Shown here piece after piece: positions 63,710 to 64,000 of a stretch of DNA of 64,000 bases. The notes beneath the pieces were generated by a model that saw nothing but the letters and a program-made list of their open reading frames with translations, was not told where the DNA came from and did not search any database. The stretch comes from Mobula hypostoma (taxonomy: Eukaryota), in assembly GCF_963921235.1 (NCBI RefSeq), contig NC_086108.1, positions 112,160,001 through 112,224,000 on the forward strand. The letters are read 5' to 3'. Every line of letters begins with the position of its first letter. Positions within the stretch are counted from its first letter, which is position 1. The position numbers were made by a program, and so were the translations under genes.

Positions 63710-64000
63710 TTCTACAAGACCTTAGTTAGACCCCACTTGGAATACTGTGTTCAGTTCTGGTCACCTCACTACAGGAAGGCTGTGGATACTATAGCGAGAG
63801 TGCAGAGGAGATTTACAAAGATGTTACCTGGAGTGGAGAGTGTGGCTTATGAGAACAGGTTGAGTTAACTTGGCCTTTTCTCCTTGGAGCGACGGAGGAT
63901 ATGAGGTGACCTGACAGAGGTGTACAAGATGATGAGAGGCATTGATCGTGTGGATAGTCAGAGGCTTTTTCCCAGGGCTGAAATGGTTAACATGCGGGGA
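63710..64000 (+). mobile_element. CR1 RT C-terminal fragment running off the window
   Basis: YKTLVRPHLEYCVQFWSPHYRK. Confidence 0.85.

Overview
Eukaryotic, repeat-dense (clearly more than half TE-derived by eye) vertebrate genomic DNA. The repeat mix (CR1 LINEs with an esterase ORF1, V-SINE-like SINEs, Rex1-like LINEs, Penelope-like elements) suggests a cartilaginous fish, probably a batoid; this is an inference. The only host gene is the 3' part of a SYDE2 RhoGAP gene on the minus strand: three coding exons (46223-46404, 21979-22210, 8113-8615) with canonical, phase-consistent GT/AG junctions, followed by a probably long, TE-fragmented 3'UTR. Introns are filled with CR1, L1, Rex1-like, Tc1/mariner and RTE-derived elements, often nested and often with readable target-site duplications (TSDs). 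The most notable non-obvious feature is a Penelope-like retroelement family carrying minimal type-I hammerhead ribozyme motifs, with four intact and about eight decayed copies. These include a young GIY-YIG element bracketed by 381-bp inverted pseudo-LTRs and a 135-bp TSD-flanked insert that starts exactly at the ribozyme. Also notable are an L1 that appears to keep both termini and a TSD but has no ORF1, a ~550-600-bp inverted duplication right next to a SYDE2 splice donor, and a four-TIR palindromic mariner MITE. Family assignments come from recognised motifs, not database searches; identities are estimated by eye.
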